Below, one piece after another: positions 10,392 to 21,240 of a stretch of DNA of 61,964 nt (positions are counted from its first letter, which is position 1; each line of letters starts with the position of its first letter). The stretch covers positions 1 through 61,964 of the forward strand of contig CABVAP010000001.1 in NCBI GenBank assembly GCA_902496345.1. The letters run 5' to 3'. Below the pieces are notes generated by a model, which had not been told where the DNA came from, did no database searches, and saw only the letters and a list, made by a program, of their open reading frames with translations. Both the position numbers and the translations under genes were made by a program. The DNA is from an uncultured Eubacteriales bacterium. GTDB lineage: Bacteria > Bacillota > Clostridia > Lachnospirales > CAG-274.

Positions 10392-11018
10392 TTATTTTGT
10401 TCCGTAAAGTCTGCTACCTACATCTCCAAGACCAGGGAAGATATATCCACTTTCAGTAAGGTATTCGTCAAGGGCAGCAGTATAGATGTCAACATCTGGG
10501 TGGTCAGCTTGAAGTCTTTTAACGCCCTCAGGAGCAGCAACAAGGCAAAGATATTTAATTTTATTTATTCCACGTTCTTTTATGAACTGGATAGCAGCAG
10601 AAGCAGTACCACCAGTTGCAAGCATAGGGTCAAGTACAAAAATTTCACAATGTTCAGCATCTTCTGGAACTTTGCAGAAATATTCAACAGGCATCAAAGT
10701 ATTAGGGTCCCTGTATAAACCGATGTGACCAAGTTTAGCATTAGGTATAAGAGATAAAATACCCTCTGACATACCGATACCAGTTCTAAGAATAGCGACA
10801 ACACCGATTTTATTTTCAAGGACTTTGCCTTTAGTTTCGCCCAAAGGTGTTTCAACAGTAGTATCATCAAGAACAAGGTCCCTAGATGCTTCGTAACAAA
10901 TTAAAGAAGAGATTTCAGAAACAAGTTCTCTAAATTCTTTGTTAGAAGTATTTTTATTTCTAAGCATAGTAAGTTTACTTTGAATAAATGGGTGGTCTAA
11001 AATATATAAATTACTCAT
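10392..11018 (-). CDS. upp: Uracil phosphoribosyltransferase
   Basis: Full-length match to the Upp pattern: [48 protein letters not shown]. Confidence 0.95.
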   Translation of the reverse strand: MSNLYILDHPFIQSKLTMLRNKNTSNKEFRELVSEISSLICYEASRDLVLDDTTVETPLGETKGKVLENKIGVVAILRTGIGMSEGILSLIPNAKLGHIGLYRDPNTLMPVEYFCKVPEDAEHCEIFVLDPMLATGGTASAAIQFIKERGINKIKYLCLVAAPEGVKRLQADHPDVDIYTAALDEYLTESGYIFPGLGDVGSRLYGTK

Positions 11019-11158
11019 ATAAATTCCTCCTTCGTTAATAAAAAATAATCCAGATTGTTAAATGGCTTATTATAGCCTATCTAGAGCCAATAAACCACTT
11101 AGCAATCTGTTATAGATTACAAACAAAATAATTGTAATACCATAAATTTTGTTAAAAC

Positions 11159-11587
11159 TTAATCTTCAATCATATTGATTCTTCTTATGTGTCTTTCTTC
11201 GTTAGAAAATTCAGTATTTAAGAAAGCGTCAACGATTTCGAGAGCAAGCCCAGGTCCAACAACACGTCCACCCATAGCAAGGATATTAGCATTGTTGTGT
11301 AAACGAGTAGCCTTTGCAGAGAAAACATCGTGACAAAGTGCAGCACGTATACCTTTTATTTTATTTGCAGTAATAGAAATACCGATACCAGTACCACAAA
11401 TCAAAATACCTTTTTCGCACTCACCACTAACAACAGCATTAGCAACTTTTTTTCCATAAATTGGATAGTCAGTAGATTCATCGCTGTAAGTACCAAAATC
11501 TTTATACTCAATATTATGTTCTTCTAAATATTTAATAATTTCACCTTTAAGTTCAAAACCACCGTGGTCACAGCCTATACCTATCAA
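11159..11587 (-). CDS. rpiB: Ribose-5-phosphate isomerase B
   Basis: IGCDHGGFELK, GILICGTGIGISITANK, RLHNNANILAMGGR: a typical RpiB/LacAB family sequence. Confidence 0.92.
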   Translation of the reverse strand: MIGIGCDHGGFELKGEIIKYLEEHNIEYKDFGTYSDESTDYPIYGKKVANAVVSGECEKGILICGTGIGISITANKIKGIRAALCHDVFSAKATRLHNNANILAMGGRVVGPGLALEIVDAFLNTEFSNEERHIRRINMIED

Positions 11588-11607
11588 TTAAAAACCCCCC
11601 ATAAATC

Positions 11608-12090
11608 TTAACTTTTTTTAATTATTTCATTCAAACAAGTATAAATTTCATCAAGACAATTCTCATAAACTTCAATATTGCCACCGAATGGGTCAGCAAT
11701 ATCCTTTTCCTCAGAAAAAGCATATTCATAAATAGTAAAAACCTTTTCGGCAACATCAGGGAAAGCTGAAATAATAACATTTTTATGACTCTCACCCATA
11801 GTAAGTATCAAATCAGCATTATAAACTTCCTCTTTAGTAAGTAGTTTAGCTTTATGTCCTGTTAAATCAATATCATATTTTTTAATTGCCTCAATAGAAT
11901 TATCAGAGGCAGGAGCATTTTCATAAACAGAAAGTCCTCTAGAAATAACATCAATGCCGTCAAAACCATTTTCTTTCAACAGCATTTTCATAATAGCCTC
12001 AGCCATAGGACTTCGGCAAGTATTTCCCGTACATACAAATATAATATTTTTAATTTCATCATTTAATAGTTTTTCGTTCAATAAAATCAC
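11608..12090 (-). CDS. Low-molecular-weight phosphatase (YwlE-like, probable protein-arginine phosphatase)
   Basis: P-loop FVCTGNTCRSPMAE and DPFGG motif. Synteny sua5-LMWP-rpiB-upp as in Bacillus ywlC-ywlE-ywlF...upp. The track start is a GTG at 12090; a TTG at 12081 has better spacing to GGAAGGTGA. Confidence 0.8.
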   Translation of the reverse strand: MILLNEKLLNDEIKNIIFVCTGNTCRSPMAEAIMKMLLKENGFDGIDVISRGLSVYENAPASDNSIEAIKKYDIDLTGHKAKLLTKEEVYNADLILTMGESHKNVIISAFPDVAEKVFTIYEYAFSEEKDIADPFGGNIEVYENCLDEIYTCLNEIIKKS

Positions 12091-12156
12091 CTTCCGATGA
12101 TATATTTAAAAAGTTAAATATAAAATAAATATATAAAACCTACTCTATTAGTAAAA

Positions 12157-13221
12157 TCAAACTTTAATAATGTTATATCCAGCAGCTTTTTTAAGTCTGT
12201 TCATTACAGCCATACCAACGCCACTTTCGTCAAAAGCCTCAGAATAAACTTTAGACAATCCCAAATAATCACATTTTCTAAGAGCCTTAAATAAATTAGA
12301 CGCAACTTCTTCAAGATTATCCCTGTCACCCAAAACAATAACGTTTTCCGTATCACAGATATACTTGTCCTTTGTTTGTTCAGTAGCCATTACGCCTACT
12401 TTAATATTTTGCTCCAAATCAGTCTTTATAAACTCATTAATCTTTGATATAACTTTGTCAGTTTCTCCACTTACAATAGCAACATCAGCAGTTGGAGAAT
12501 AATGGGTATATTTCATACCGGGAGCTTTAGGCTTTTCGTCTGCATTAAGTTTTTTAACAACAGCTTTATCGACATCTATCTCGCCTATTACGTCTTCAAT
12601 CATATCTTTAGTTATAGAACCTGGGCGAAGAAGACAAGGCTTGTCACCGGAAACATCAATAATAGTAGACTCTAGACCAAACTCAGCATTTCCACCGTCA
12701 ATTATCATATCTATTTTAGAGCTTAAATCAAACTCAACGTGAGATGCCCTTGTCGGGCTAGGTTTTCCAGATGAATTAGCACTAGGTGCAGCAATCGGAA
12801 GACCACACTTTTTTATAAAATATCTAGCGACTTTGTTCACAGGAAATCTAATAGCAACCGTATCCAATCCACCAGATGTTTCATAAGGTACAATATCTTG
12901 TTTTTGAAAAATCATAGTAATAGGGCCAGGCCAGAAAGCGTCCATAAGTTTTTCAGCTTTTTCAGATATTCCTTTAACGAGCGACTTCATTTCAGAAACA
13001 TCAGATATGTGCAAAATCAAAGGATTATCAGATGGCCTACCTTTTGCAGCATAAATTTTTTTAACTGCAATAGGGTCGAGGGCATTAGCCCCCAACCCAT
13101 AAACAGTTTCAGTTGGAAATGCAACAAGACCACCATTTTTTATAACTAATGCTGCCTCTGAAAAGACTTCGCCATCTGTTTCAGGATTGTTGAAATCAAC
13201 TTTCTTTATTATAGTATTCAT
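12157..13221 (-). CDS. tsaC: L-threonylcarbamoyladenylate synthase (Sua5/YwlC/TsaC, long form)
   Basis: YrdC domain (PTETVYGLGANA, KGRPSDNPLILH, AAPSANSSGKPSPT) plus the C-terminal Sua5 domain. Confidence 0.9.
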   Translation of the reverse strand: MNTIIKKVDFNNPETDGEVFSEAALVIKNGGLVAFPTETVYGLGANALDPIAVKKIYAAKGRPSDNPLILHISDVSEMKSLVKGISEKAEKLMDAFWPGPITMIFQKQDIVPYETSGGLDTVAIRFPVNKVARYFIKKCGLPIAAPSANSSGKPSPTRASHVEFDLSSKIDMIIDGGNAEFGLESTIIDVSGDKPCLLRPGSITKDMIEDVIGEIDVDKAVVKKLNADEKPKAPGMKYTHYSPTADVAIVSGETDKVISKINEFIKTDLEQNIKVGVMATEQTKDKYICDTENVIVLGDRDNLEEVASNLFKALRKCDYLGLSKVYSEAFDESGVGMAVMNRLKKAAGYNIIKV

Positions 13222-13224
13222 AAA

Positions 13225-13722
13225 TTATTTAGCACCACAACATTTTTTGTATTTTTTGCCACTGCCACAAGGACAAGGGTCGTTACGGCCAACTTTAGTT
13301 TCTCTAACATAAGTTTTAGAACTTTTCTGACCTTTGTAAAGAACTCTCATATGGTCTTCAGTAAAGATATTTTTCCATTGTGGAAGGTTGTATAAATGGT
13401 CAGCTTTGTATTCAACCATTTTTTTGTAAAGAACTTCAAAATCAATTTTTAAAGAAATTTCAGTATCTTCAGTAAGGTTTTCAAGGTTAACTTTTTCTTC
13501 CTGAGTGTCATTGATACCATCGATAAAACCAGCGATATATTCAACAGACATATCAAATCTTTCGCCAAGTTCTTTAACAGTGCCTTTGATTTCAGTTACT
13601 TTATTTTCAAGGATATATTCATAAATTTTTTGTTCCTTTGGAATATAGTCGTCCCAAAGTTGATTATTAGTTTTACCATCACGAGTATAAGCCTTTTTGA
13701 ACCATTCTTCATATAAACCCAT
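13225..13722 (-). CDS. SEC-C motif domain protein
   Basis: C-terminal [19 protein letters not shown] metal-binding SEC-C motif. The rest is unassigned. Confidence 0.7.
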   Translation of the reverse strand: MGLYEEWFKKAYTRDGKTNNQLWDDYIPKEQKIYEYILENKVTEIKGTVKELGERFDMSVEYIAGFIDGINDTQEEKVNLENLTEDTEISLKIDFEVLYKKMVEYKADHLYNLPQWKNIFTEDHMRVLYKGQKSSKTYVRETKVGRNDPCPCGSGKKYKKCCGAK

Positions 13723-13933
13723 TGTATTTAAATCCTCCTAATTAAATAGATAAATTTTCTTTAGATTTTAATGCAAAGCCAAAAATAGCTATGCCGAAGC
13801 TTCAATTTTATATTATATAGTAAAAATACCAATTCAAACTAGAAAACAAAGCCTCTAAACAGAATTGTATCATATTTTTTTATAAATTTCAACTATTATT
13901 ATAACCATTAATGCAAATTTCAAGATATTTAGA

Positions 13934-15307
13934 TTACAAAACAACTTTGTCAAGTAATTCTGCGACCGTTGAAACACCTATAACATTAATATTTTTTATA
14001 TTTTGCACTTCTTTGATATTTTCTTTAGGGATAACACAAGTTTTAAAACCAAGCTTTTCAGCCTCTAAAACTCTTTTTTCAGCCATAGTAACGGCACGCA
14101 TTTCTCCCGTAAGACCAATTTCACCAAATACGAGAGTATAAGGGTCAATTACCTTGTTTTTATAGCTAGATGCAATTGAGCAAACAATAGATGCGTCAAG
14201 TGACGGCTCAGCAACCTTTATACCACCAGCAAGATTAACATAACTGTCATAGCTTCCAAGGTTAAAACCGACACGTTTTTCAAGAACTGCAATAAGCAAC
14301 GTAACTCTGTTATAATCAACACCCGTTGCCATTCTTCTAGGCATACCAAAATTAGTATAAGTAATAAGTGATTGAACTTCAACTAAAATAGGTCTAGTTC
14401 CCTCAACACTGCAAGTAATGGAAGAACCGGAAACGTTTAGAGGTCTACCGGATAGCATATATTCTGACGGATTTTTAATTTCAGCCAGACCCTCTTTTTT
14501 CATTTCAAAGACACCAATTTCATTGGTAGAACCAAATCTGTTTTTAACAGCTCTAAGAATTCTGTAGCTTGCACGGCGTTCGCCCTCAAAGTAAAGAACA
14601 GTATCAACAATATGTTCAAGAACTCTAGGACCGGCGATAGCACCGTCTTTCGTAACGTGACCAACTATAAACATTGAAATATTTTTACCTTTTCCAATGT
14701 GCATAAGTCTAGAGGTACATTCACGAACTTGAGTAACACTTCCCGGGGCGCTAGAAATTTCATCAAGAAACATAGTTTGAATAGAATCTATAATCAATAA
14801 ATCAGGGGAAACCTCTTTGATTGTATTTTCAATTATATCCATATTAGTTTCTGACATAAGCAGAAGATTTTCAGTAGTTATATTAAGCCTTGAGGCTCGC
14901 AATTTAACTTGCTGAACGGACTCTTCACCTGAAACATATAAAACTTTTTTCCCCTGTTCACCGATATATTGACAAATCTGGATAAGTAGAGTTGACTTGC
15001 CTATTCCGGGGTCGCCACCGACAAGGGTAAGAGAACCTTGAACGACACCACCGCTTAAAACTCTGTCAAGTTCACCTATTTTAGTTTTTATCCTATTGTT
15101 ATCTATAGGCTGTATGCTTGCAAGACGTAAAGGTTTTCCAGATATACCAGAAACACCAGAGCTAGAAACAGGAGCATATCTAGATGACTTAATGTCAGCC
15201 TCTTCGTGCATAGTGTTAAACATACCACAAGACGGGCATTTTCCAAACCATTTACCTATTTCATAGCCGCATTCACTACAAACATATTTAGTTTTTGATT
15301 TAGCCAT
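13934..15307 (-). CDS. radA: DNA repair protein RadA/Sms
   Basis: N-terminal zinc ribbon CSECGYE...CPSCG, Walker A GDPGIGKSTL, KNRFG motif and a Lon-protease-like C-terminal domain. Confidence 0.95.
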   Translation of the reverse strand: MAKSKTKYVCSECGYEIGKWFGKCPSCGMFNTMHEEADIKSSRYAPVSSSGVSGISGKPLRLASIQPIDNNRIKTKIGELDRVLSGGVVQGSLTLVGGDPGIGKSTLLIQICQYIGEQGKKVLYVSGEESVQQVKLRASRLNITTENLLLMSETNMDIIENTIKEVSPDLLIIDSIQTMFLDEISSAPGSVTQVRECTSRLMHIGKGKNISMFIVGHVTKDGAIAGPRVLEHIVDTVLYFEGERRASYRILRAVKNRFGSTNEIGVFEMKKEGLAEIKNPSEYMLSGRPLNVSGSSITCSVEGTRPILVEVQSLITYTNFGMPRRMATGVDYNRVTLLIAVLEKRVGFNLGSYDSYVNLAGGIKVAEPSLDASIVCSIASSYKNKVIDPYTLVFGEIGLTGEMRAVTMAEKRVLEAEKLGFKTCVIPKENIKEVQNIKNINVIGVSTVAELLDKVVL

Positions 15308-15333
15308 ATAATCACCGTTAATTAAAATATAAA

Positions 15334-15750
15334 TTACATTTTTTCAACGCAAATTTGTTTAGCTTTAGAATTTAACTCAGCACTAAAACTAACTTTACCA
15401 GAGAGATTAGATTTCATTTTGCCAAGTTTAACATCATCAACAACAATTTTGTATATTGCGTCAGACTCAAGTTCAAGAGTAATTTGAGTATCGTCAACAC
15501 CCTCTGCCCAGAAAACAACTTCTTTTTCAGAAACAGTTAAGTTGTGAATAGTAGCACCAGGAACTGTTTCGATTAAAAGTTTGCCGTTTTTTTCAAGTCT
15601 AGTTATTTCATTATGAGTTTTAACTTTGTAAACATCACCTAAAGCTTTAAATTCATTTACTTTTTGTTTTTCAGAAACAGAGTAGTTTCCAAAACTTAAA
15701 CTATTATCATCTTCAACACGAATAATTTCATCTATTACTGCCATTTTCAA
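15334..15750 (-). CDS. Hypothetical protein (138 aa)
   Basis: RBS AGGAGG upstream and coding-like composition. Immediately upstream of radA and co-directional with it. No family recognised. Confidence 0.5.
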   Translation of the reverse strand: MKMAVIDEIIRVEDDNSLSFGNYSVSEKQKVNEFKALGDVYKVKTHNEITRLEKNGKLLIETVPGATIHNLTVSEKEVVFWAEGVDDTQITLELESDAIYKIVVDDVKLGKMKSNLSGKVSFSAELNSKAKQICVEKM

Positions 15751-16251
15751 TTCCTCCTAAAATTTAAATATTTAGTATTAAAAATTCTACTAACCAAGTT
15801 AGTAAACCAATAAAAAAATTTTATTTATTTTAGAATATGTAAAAACTCATTATAAGTACAAACACGCTAACAAATAAAATTTTAAAATCAAATAGATTTT
15901 TATACATATTCCAACAATAAAAAAAATACTATTCTCTTTATATGATTATAACAAATTTTATTTGTTTTGTACACATAAAAAACACAAAAATACAAATTAA
16001 TTTATTTTAATGCAAAAAAGTTCAAAAAACTTCAAATTTCTTTTAAATTATAATGTTAGATTTGATAATTTTGTTTTCTAGACCAAAATTGTCCACAAAA
16101 AAACAAATAAACTTTTCATATTTTTAAGTCAGCATTTAATTTTGTACGCAAAACTAAAATATAATAATCTTTTATATTTTCATTTAAAATTTGATACTCT
16201 ATAAAAACACCATATTCAAATAATTTGATACTGTTTATTTTTAAAGTTCAT

Positions 16252-16283
16252 AAAAAATGACGTAGATTGCCAACCAATCTACG
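16252..16283 (-). terminator. Rho-independent terminator of tsf
   Basis: On the minus strand: cgtagattg-gttgg-caatctacg followed by tcatttttta, about 60 nt after the tsf stop. Confidence 0.75.
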
Positions 16284-16345
16284 CCACTAAACTCTATAAT
16301 TTCAATGAGTTGTCGATTACTTAATAAAGTATTAAATTAAAGAAA

Positions 16346-17284
16346 TTACATTCCCATAGCTTTGTTAACTTCTGCAGCAAAGTCTTCTTCTTTCTTTTCG
16401 ATACCTTCACCAGTTTCGAAACGAACGAAATCTTTAACAGAAACTTTACCGCCGATTTCTTTAGCAACAGATTCAACATATTGTTTAACTGTTTCTTTGT
16501 TTTCAGCTTTAACATATTCCTGTTCAACGAGGCATTTTTCTTTTAATTCTTTGTTAAGACGACCAGTAATCATTTTTTCAATTACTTGGTCAGGTTTAGA
16601 AGCGTTTGCTGGGTCATTTTTAGCTTGCTGAGTTAAGATTTCAGTTTCTTTCTGAATGTAGTCAGCAGGAACAGCGTCTTTGTCAACAAATTCAGGGTTC
16701 ATAGCAGCAATCTGCATAGCGATGTTTTTACCAGCTTCATTTAAAGCGTCAGATTTAACATCAGTAGCGAACTGAAGTAAAACTGCAACTTTACCACCTG
16801 CGTGTAAGTAAGAAACAAGGTAACCATTTTCATCATTAACGAATTTTTTGAAACGTCTGATAGTAAGGTTTTCACCGATAACAGAGATTTTCTGAGTTAA
16901 AGCTTCTTTAACAGTGATGCTTTCATCTTCAATCCATTTTTCGTTAAATAATTCTTCAACATCTTTAGCATCAGATTTAACAACCTGTTTAGCAACAGCA
17001 TTAACGAATTTCTGGAATTCAGCATTTTTGGCAACGAAGTCAGTTTCACTGTTTACTTCAACAACAACACCAACTTTGTTGTCATCAGTAATATAAGCAT
17101 AACTTAAACCTTCAGCAGCGATACGACCAGCTTTTTTAGCAGCAGCAGCAAGCCCTTTTTCTCTAAGGATTTCAACAGCTTTTTCGATATTTCCGTCAGC
17201 TTCAACTAATGCTTCTTTACAAGTGCTCATACCAACACCAGTCATTTCTCTAAGTTCTTTAATCATAGCAGCAGTAACAGCCAT
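16346..17284 (-). CDS. tsf: Translation elongation factor Ts
   Basis: MAVTAAMIKELREMTGVGMSTCKEAL... UBA-like N-terminus and conserved EF-Ts core. Follows rpsB as usual. Confidence 0.95.
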   Translation of the reverse strand: MAVTAAMIKELREMTGVGMSTCKEALVEADGNIEKAVEILREKGLAAAAKKAGRIAAEGLSYAYITDDNKVGVVVEVNSETDFVAKNAEFQKFVNAVAKQVVKSDAKDVEELFNEKWIEDESITVKEALTQKISVIGENLTIRRFKKFVNDENGYLVSYLHAGGKVAVLLQFATDVKSDALNEAGKNIAMQIAAMNPEFVDKDAVPADYIQKETEILTQQAKNDPANASKPDQVIEKMITGRLNKELKEKCLVEQEYVKAENKETVKQYVESVAKEIGGKVSVKDFVRFETGEGIEKKEEDFAAEVNKAMGM

Positions 17285-17399
17285 TTTGTTTACCTCCGTA
17301 ATATAATATAGTAATGGATAAATTCGATATAGATAAAAAGGCTCCAGACCTTAAGAAACAAACTTCATTTAAGGCTGAAGCCTCCAAAAAATTCAAAAA

Positions 17400-18128
17400 T
17401 TATTCAGCAGTAGCTTCAGTTTCAGCTTCTTCTGAAGTTTCCATTTCGCCCTGTCTAGATTCGATAACAGCATCAGCAACTTTACCAGCGATAAGTTTAA
17501 CAGCTCTGATAGCGTCATCATTACCTGGGATTACATAATCGATTTCTTCAGGGTCACAGTTAGTATCAACGATAGCAACGATAGGAATATTAAGGTTGTG
17601 AGCTTCCTGAACAGCGATTTTTTCTTTTCTAGGGTCAACAATGAACATAACATCAGGGATTCTAGTCATATTTTTGATACCACCAATGTTTTTGTCAAGT
17701 TTTTCTTTTTCGTGCATTAAGTTAGCAACTTCTTTTTTAGGAAGTAAATCCATAGTACCATCTTCAATCATAGCTTCAAGGTCTTTAAGTCTTTGAATTC
17801 TAGTTTTGATAGTTTCGAAGTTAGTGAGCATACCACCTAACCATCTTTCGTTTACATAGTACATACCACATCTTTCAGCTTCTTCTTTAATAGAATCCTG
17901 AGCTTGTTTTTTAGTACCAACGAAAAGGATTTCTCCACCGTCTTTGATAATATCAGCAACAGCCTGATAAGCCTCTTCAACTTTTTTAACTGTTTTCTGA
18001 AGGTCAATGATATAAATACCATTTCTTTCAGCGAAGATGTATTCAGCCATTTTAGGGTTCCATCTTCTAGTTTGATGTCCGAAATGAACACCTGCTTCCA
18101 ATAATTGTTTCATAGAAATAACACTCAT
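17400..18128 (-). CDS. rpsB: 30S ribosomal protein S2
   Basis: [30 protein letters not shown] at 18128 preceded by AGGAGG (18136-18140); the track ORF starts 11 codons too early. Confidence 0.95.
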   Translation of the reverse strand: MSVISMKQLLEAGVHFGHQTRRWNPKMAEYIFAERNGIYIIDLQKTVKKVEEAYQAVADIIKDGGEILFVGTKKQAQDSIKEEAERCGMYYVNERWLGGMLTNFETIKTRIQRLKDLEAMIEDGTMDLLPKKEVANLMHEKEKLDKNIGGIKNMTRIPDVMFIVDPRKEKIAVQEAHNLNIPIVAIVDTNCDPEEIDYVIPGNDDAIRAVKLIAGKVADAVIESRQGEMETSEEAETEATAE

Positions 18129-18396
18129 TTTAGTACCTCCTGTGGTTTTAATCCTCCACAAGTCAATAGCAAAGAACCGTAGACACCGTGTCTAGGCACC
18201 ACTTAGCAATATAACTTGTGTGTGTTTTCATAATACGTTTGCTATTGTACCATAACTTTCAAAATAATGCAAGCATTTTTTTTAATTTTACAAAACTTTT
18301 TTTAATCCGAAATAATTGGTCATTTTTTTGTTTTTTTTGTTTTTTTGTATTTTAGTCTTTTAATTTTTTTCAAAACACAGGGCTAAATTTTTTACC

Positions 18397-18669
18397 CTAC
18401 TGAAATTTCTTCCAATAACTATCTTCTTTTTTCTGTTCCACAGCGTCAAAATATTTATCAACAATATCAAATATCTCGCTTTCGTCTTTGATTTGATAAT
18501 ATTTTTTGCCTGAAACTTCTTTCACATTCTTCTTTTTTATTTTAGGATTGTCCACCCATTTTTTAAAATTAGCTTCCCATTCGTTAGCCTTTGCTTCTCC
18601 CAAATCTTCATAACTTAAAATTTCCTCTTTAACTTCATAAACGAAATCATCAATAGTCATTTTTATCAT
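18397..18669 (-). CDS. Hypothetical small acidic/basic protein (90 aa)
   Basis: RBS AGGAGG upstream. Directly downstream of ruvB in the same orientation. No recognised family. Confidence 0.45.
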   Translation of the reverse strand: MIKMTIDDFVYEVKEEILSYEDLGEAKANEWEANFKKWVDNPKIKKKNVKEVSGKKYYQIKDESEIFDIVDKYFDAVEQKKEDSYWKKFQ

Positions 18670-18681
18670 AACAGTTTCCTC

Positions 18682-19698
18682 CTAATTGTCATCGCTATTA
18701 ATTGCAAGACCAAAATGTCTGTATCCAAGTTCAGTAACCACCCTACCTCTAGGTGTTCGTTTAATATAACCAAGCTGTATTAAGTAAGGTTCGTAAACAT
18801 CTTCAATTGTGTCAGGTTCTTCACCGATTGAAACAGCAAGGGTTTCAAGTCCAACAGGACCACCTGCAAATTTTTCAATCATAGCCATAATCATATTTCT
18901 GTCTGTAATGTCAAGACCAACATCATCAACATCTAAAATATTTAAAGTTTCCCTCGAAACCTGTTCAGTTATAACCCCGTCATATTTAACTTCAGCAAAA
19001 TCACGAACACGTTTTAGAAATCTGTTAGCAATTCTCGGAGTTCCTCTGGACCTTCTAGCAATTTCAACAGCACCTTTTTCATCTATTTCAATATTTAAAA
19101 CATTAGCAGAACGTTTAATAATAGTTGTAAGGTCCGATGTATTGTATAATTCAAGTCTGCTTATAACTCCAAATCTGTCACGCAAGGGAGCAGTGAGAAG
19201 ACCTATTCTTGTTGTTGCCCCGACAAGAGTAAATTTAGGCAAATCAACACGAATACTTTTAGCAGACGGACCTTTACCTATAATAATGTCAAGTGCAAAA
19301 TCTTCCATAGCCGAATATAAAACTTCTTCAACAACCCTGTTCAGTCTGTGTATCTCATCAATAAAAAGCACGTCACCCTCACTAAGATTGTTTAATATAG
19401 CGGCCATATCACCGGCATTTTCAATAGCAGGGCCGGAAGTTATTTTTATACCAACACCAAGCTCATTTGCGATAATGTTAGATAAAGTTGTTTTTCCAAG
19501 ACCCGGAGGGCCGTATAAAAGAACGTGGTCAAGAGGTTCATTCCTTATTTTTGCCGCTTCAATGTAAACTTTAAGAGTATCTTTAACTTTATTTTGACCA
19601 ATATAATTATCAAGGGATTGAGGGCGAAGTTTTGGTTCAATTTCAACATCTTCATTTCTCAAACTGGTTTCAATAATACGTTTATCCATTTTGTTCAC
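18682..19698 (-). CDS. ruvB: Holliday junction branch-migration helicase RuvB
   Basis: AAA+ motifs [28 protein letters not shown], plus the winged-helix C-terminus. Confidence 0.95.
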   Translation of the reverse strand: MNKMDKRIIETSLRNEDVEIEPKLRPQSLDNYIGQNKVKDTLKVYIEAAKIRNEPLDHVLLYGPPGLGKTTLSNIIANELGVGIKITSGPAIENAGDMAAILNNLSEGDVLFIDEIHRLNRVVEEVLYSAMEDFALDIIIGKGPSAKSIRVDLPKFTLVGATTRIGLLTAPLRDRFGVISRLELYNTSDLTTIIKRSANVLNIEIDEKGAVEIARRSRGTPRIANRFLKRVRDFAEVKYDGVITEQVSRETLNILDVDDVGLDITDRNMIMAMIEKFAGGPVGLETLAVSIGEEPDTIEDVYEPYLIQLGYIKRTPRGRVVTELGYRHFGLAINSDDN

Positions 19699-19701
19699 CT
19701 T

Positions 19702-20313
19702 TTATTTTGCCGATAGCTTTTTAAGTACAATTTTTATAATCTCAGCAGAAGATAAATCATCTGTTGTTTCCATAACAGCTTTAACTGTTTCGCTTTTACC
19801 AAATCCAAGAGCAATAAGACCGTCTATAGCGTCTTGTTTTTCGCTGTTCATTTCATTTGATTTTGTAGAAATAGAAACTCCACTTGCTTCTAATTGTATA
19901 TCAGAATAATCAAATGTATCAACCTTGTCTTTAAGTTCAAGAGCAATTCTCTGAGCAATTTTCTTACCAATACCTTGTCCTTGAGAAAGAGCTTTAATAT
20001 CATCTGTTATGATAGCAAGAACAACATCTGCCGGCGACATAACAGCAAGTATTGCAAGAGCAGCTTTAGGTCCGACTCCCGAAACAGAGATAAGTTTATT
20101 AAAAATATCAATTTCGTCCATAGATAAAAAACCAAATAAGTTTATTCCGTCCTCTTTAACATTCATATAGGTGTATAATTTAACATTTTCACCTAAAGAA
20201 AGAGAACTTTTTGTACTTTCAGAAACCTGAATATTGTAGCCTATTCCGTTGTTTTCTATAATAACAAAACTTTCTGATATATAAGTAATTTCACCTTTTA
20301 TATAATTAATCAC
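19702..20313 (-). CDS. ruvA: Holliday junction DNA-binding protein RuvA
   Basis: MINYIKGEI..., HhH motifs LISVSGVGPKAALAIL and GIGKKIAQRIALELKDK. Immediately upstream of ruvB. Confidence 0.93.
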   Translation of the reverse strand: MINYIKGEITYISESFVIIENNGIGYNIQVSESTKSSLSLGENVKLYTYMNVKEDGINLFGFLSMDEIDIFNKLISVSGVGPKAALAILAVMSPADVVLAIITDDIKALSQGQGIGKKIAQRIALELKDKVDTFDYSDIQLEASGVSISTKSNEMNSEKQDAIDGLIALGFGKSETVKAVMETTDDLSSAEIIKIVLKKLSAK

Positions 20314-20481
20314 GTTTAAACTCTCCTTAAAAAAATAGCTAGCTTATTATACCACACCTTTGTTCAAAATAAAAGCCTAAACAGAAACTTTTTTCCATAA
20401 TTTGATTTTATAAAATTTTGCATAAAAATCCTAAAAAAACAAATAATAGTCATACAATCTTGTATTTAGGAGGTAAAAAAA

Positions 20482-21027
20482 TTGAAAGCTACAGGAATTG
20501 TTAGAAGAATAGATGATTTAGGTAGGGTTGTTATTCCAAAAGAAATCAGACGAACATTAAGAATAAGAGAAGGCGACCCACTTGAAATATTTACAGATAG
20601 TAATGGGGAAATTATTTTAAAGAAATATTCACCTATTGGCGAACTCGGTGCATTTGCTAAGGAATATGCTGAAAGCCTTGCCCAAAATGCCGGTCATATA
20701 ACTTGTATAGTTGATAAAGACCAAATTATAGCTGTTTCCGGTGGAGCAAAAAAAGAATTTATGGAAAAGCATATTTCAGGAGAACTTGAAAAAGTAATTA
20801 ATTCCAGAAATACCCACGTTGCTGAAAGAAATGATAAGAACTTTGTTCCTATTTTGGAAGATGATAACGAATCTATTTATAGCCACGAACTAATTACGCC
20901 AATAATTTCAGATGGTGATGTATTAGGTGCAATAGTAATGTTATCCGATAATCAAAAAATGGGCGAAGTCGAAGAAAAATTGGCCCAAACAGCATCAGGA
21001 TTTTTAGGTAAACAAATGGAACAATAA
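20482..21027 (+). CDS. spoVT: Stage V sporulation protein T (AbrB/SpoVT family regulator)
   Basis: The N-terminus MKATGIVRRIDDLGRVVIPKEIRRTLRIREGDPLEIF is near-identical to Bacillus SpoVT. GAF-like C-terminus ends GFLGKQMEQ. TTG start with AGGAGG RBS. Confidence 0.93.
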   Translation: MKATGIVRRIDDLGRVVIPKEIRRTLRIREGDPLEIFTDSNGEIILKKYSPIGELGAFAKEYAESLAQNAGHITCIVDKDQIIAVSGGAKKEFMEKHISGELEKVINSRNTHVAERNDKNFVPILEDDNESIYSHELITPIISDGDVLGAIVMLSDNQKMGEVEEKLAQTASGFLGKQMEQ

Positions 21028-21032
21028 CAAAA

Positions 21033-21080
21033 CCCCAACATATATTAGATTTTTCACTAATATATGTTGGGGTTTTATTT
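21033..21080 (+). terminator. Rho-independent terminator of spoVT
   Basis: ccccaacatatattag-(loop)-ctaatatatgttgggg followed by ttttatttt. Confidence 0.85.
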
Positions 21081-21240
21081 TAAATAACTTACATTTTGAA
21101 ATTTTTATTTTATCTGTTTTTCTAAAATTTCCGATACTACTTGACATTTTCTAACTATTAGACAACATTATAGGTGATTGATGATTAAAATTAATATTGT
21201 ATTTTTTTATCCCAACACAACCAATTTTATCTTATAGACT

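Noticed and set aside
18162-18396. Possible structured rpsB leader (small hairpin uugugg/ccacag next to the SD, plus T-rich tracts)
   Set aside because: The stems are short (5-6 bp). I know of no Firmicute S2 leader motif to compare with, so the evidence is insufficient to call an RNA element.
18809-19567. 252-aa plus-strand ORF antisense to ruvB
   Set aside because: It lies entirely inside the well-supported ruvB gene. The translation is low-complexity and S/P/I-rich, with no RBS. It is a typical shadow ORF.
20314-20481. Sigma-G/sigma-F type promoter upstream of spoVT
   Set aside because: A GCATA-like element is present, but I could not find a correctly spaced CATxxTA -10 box, so I do not call a promoter.
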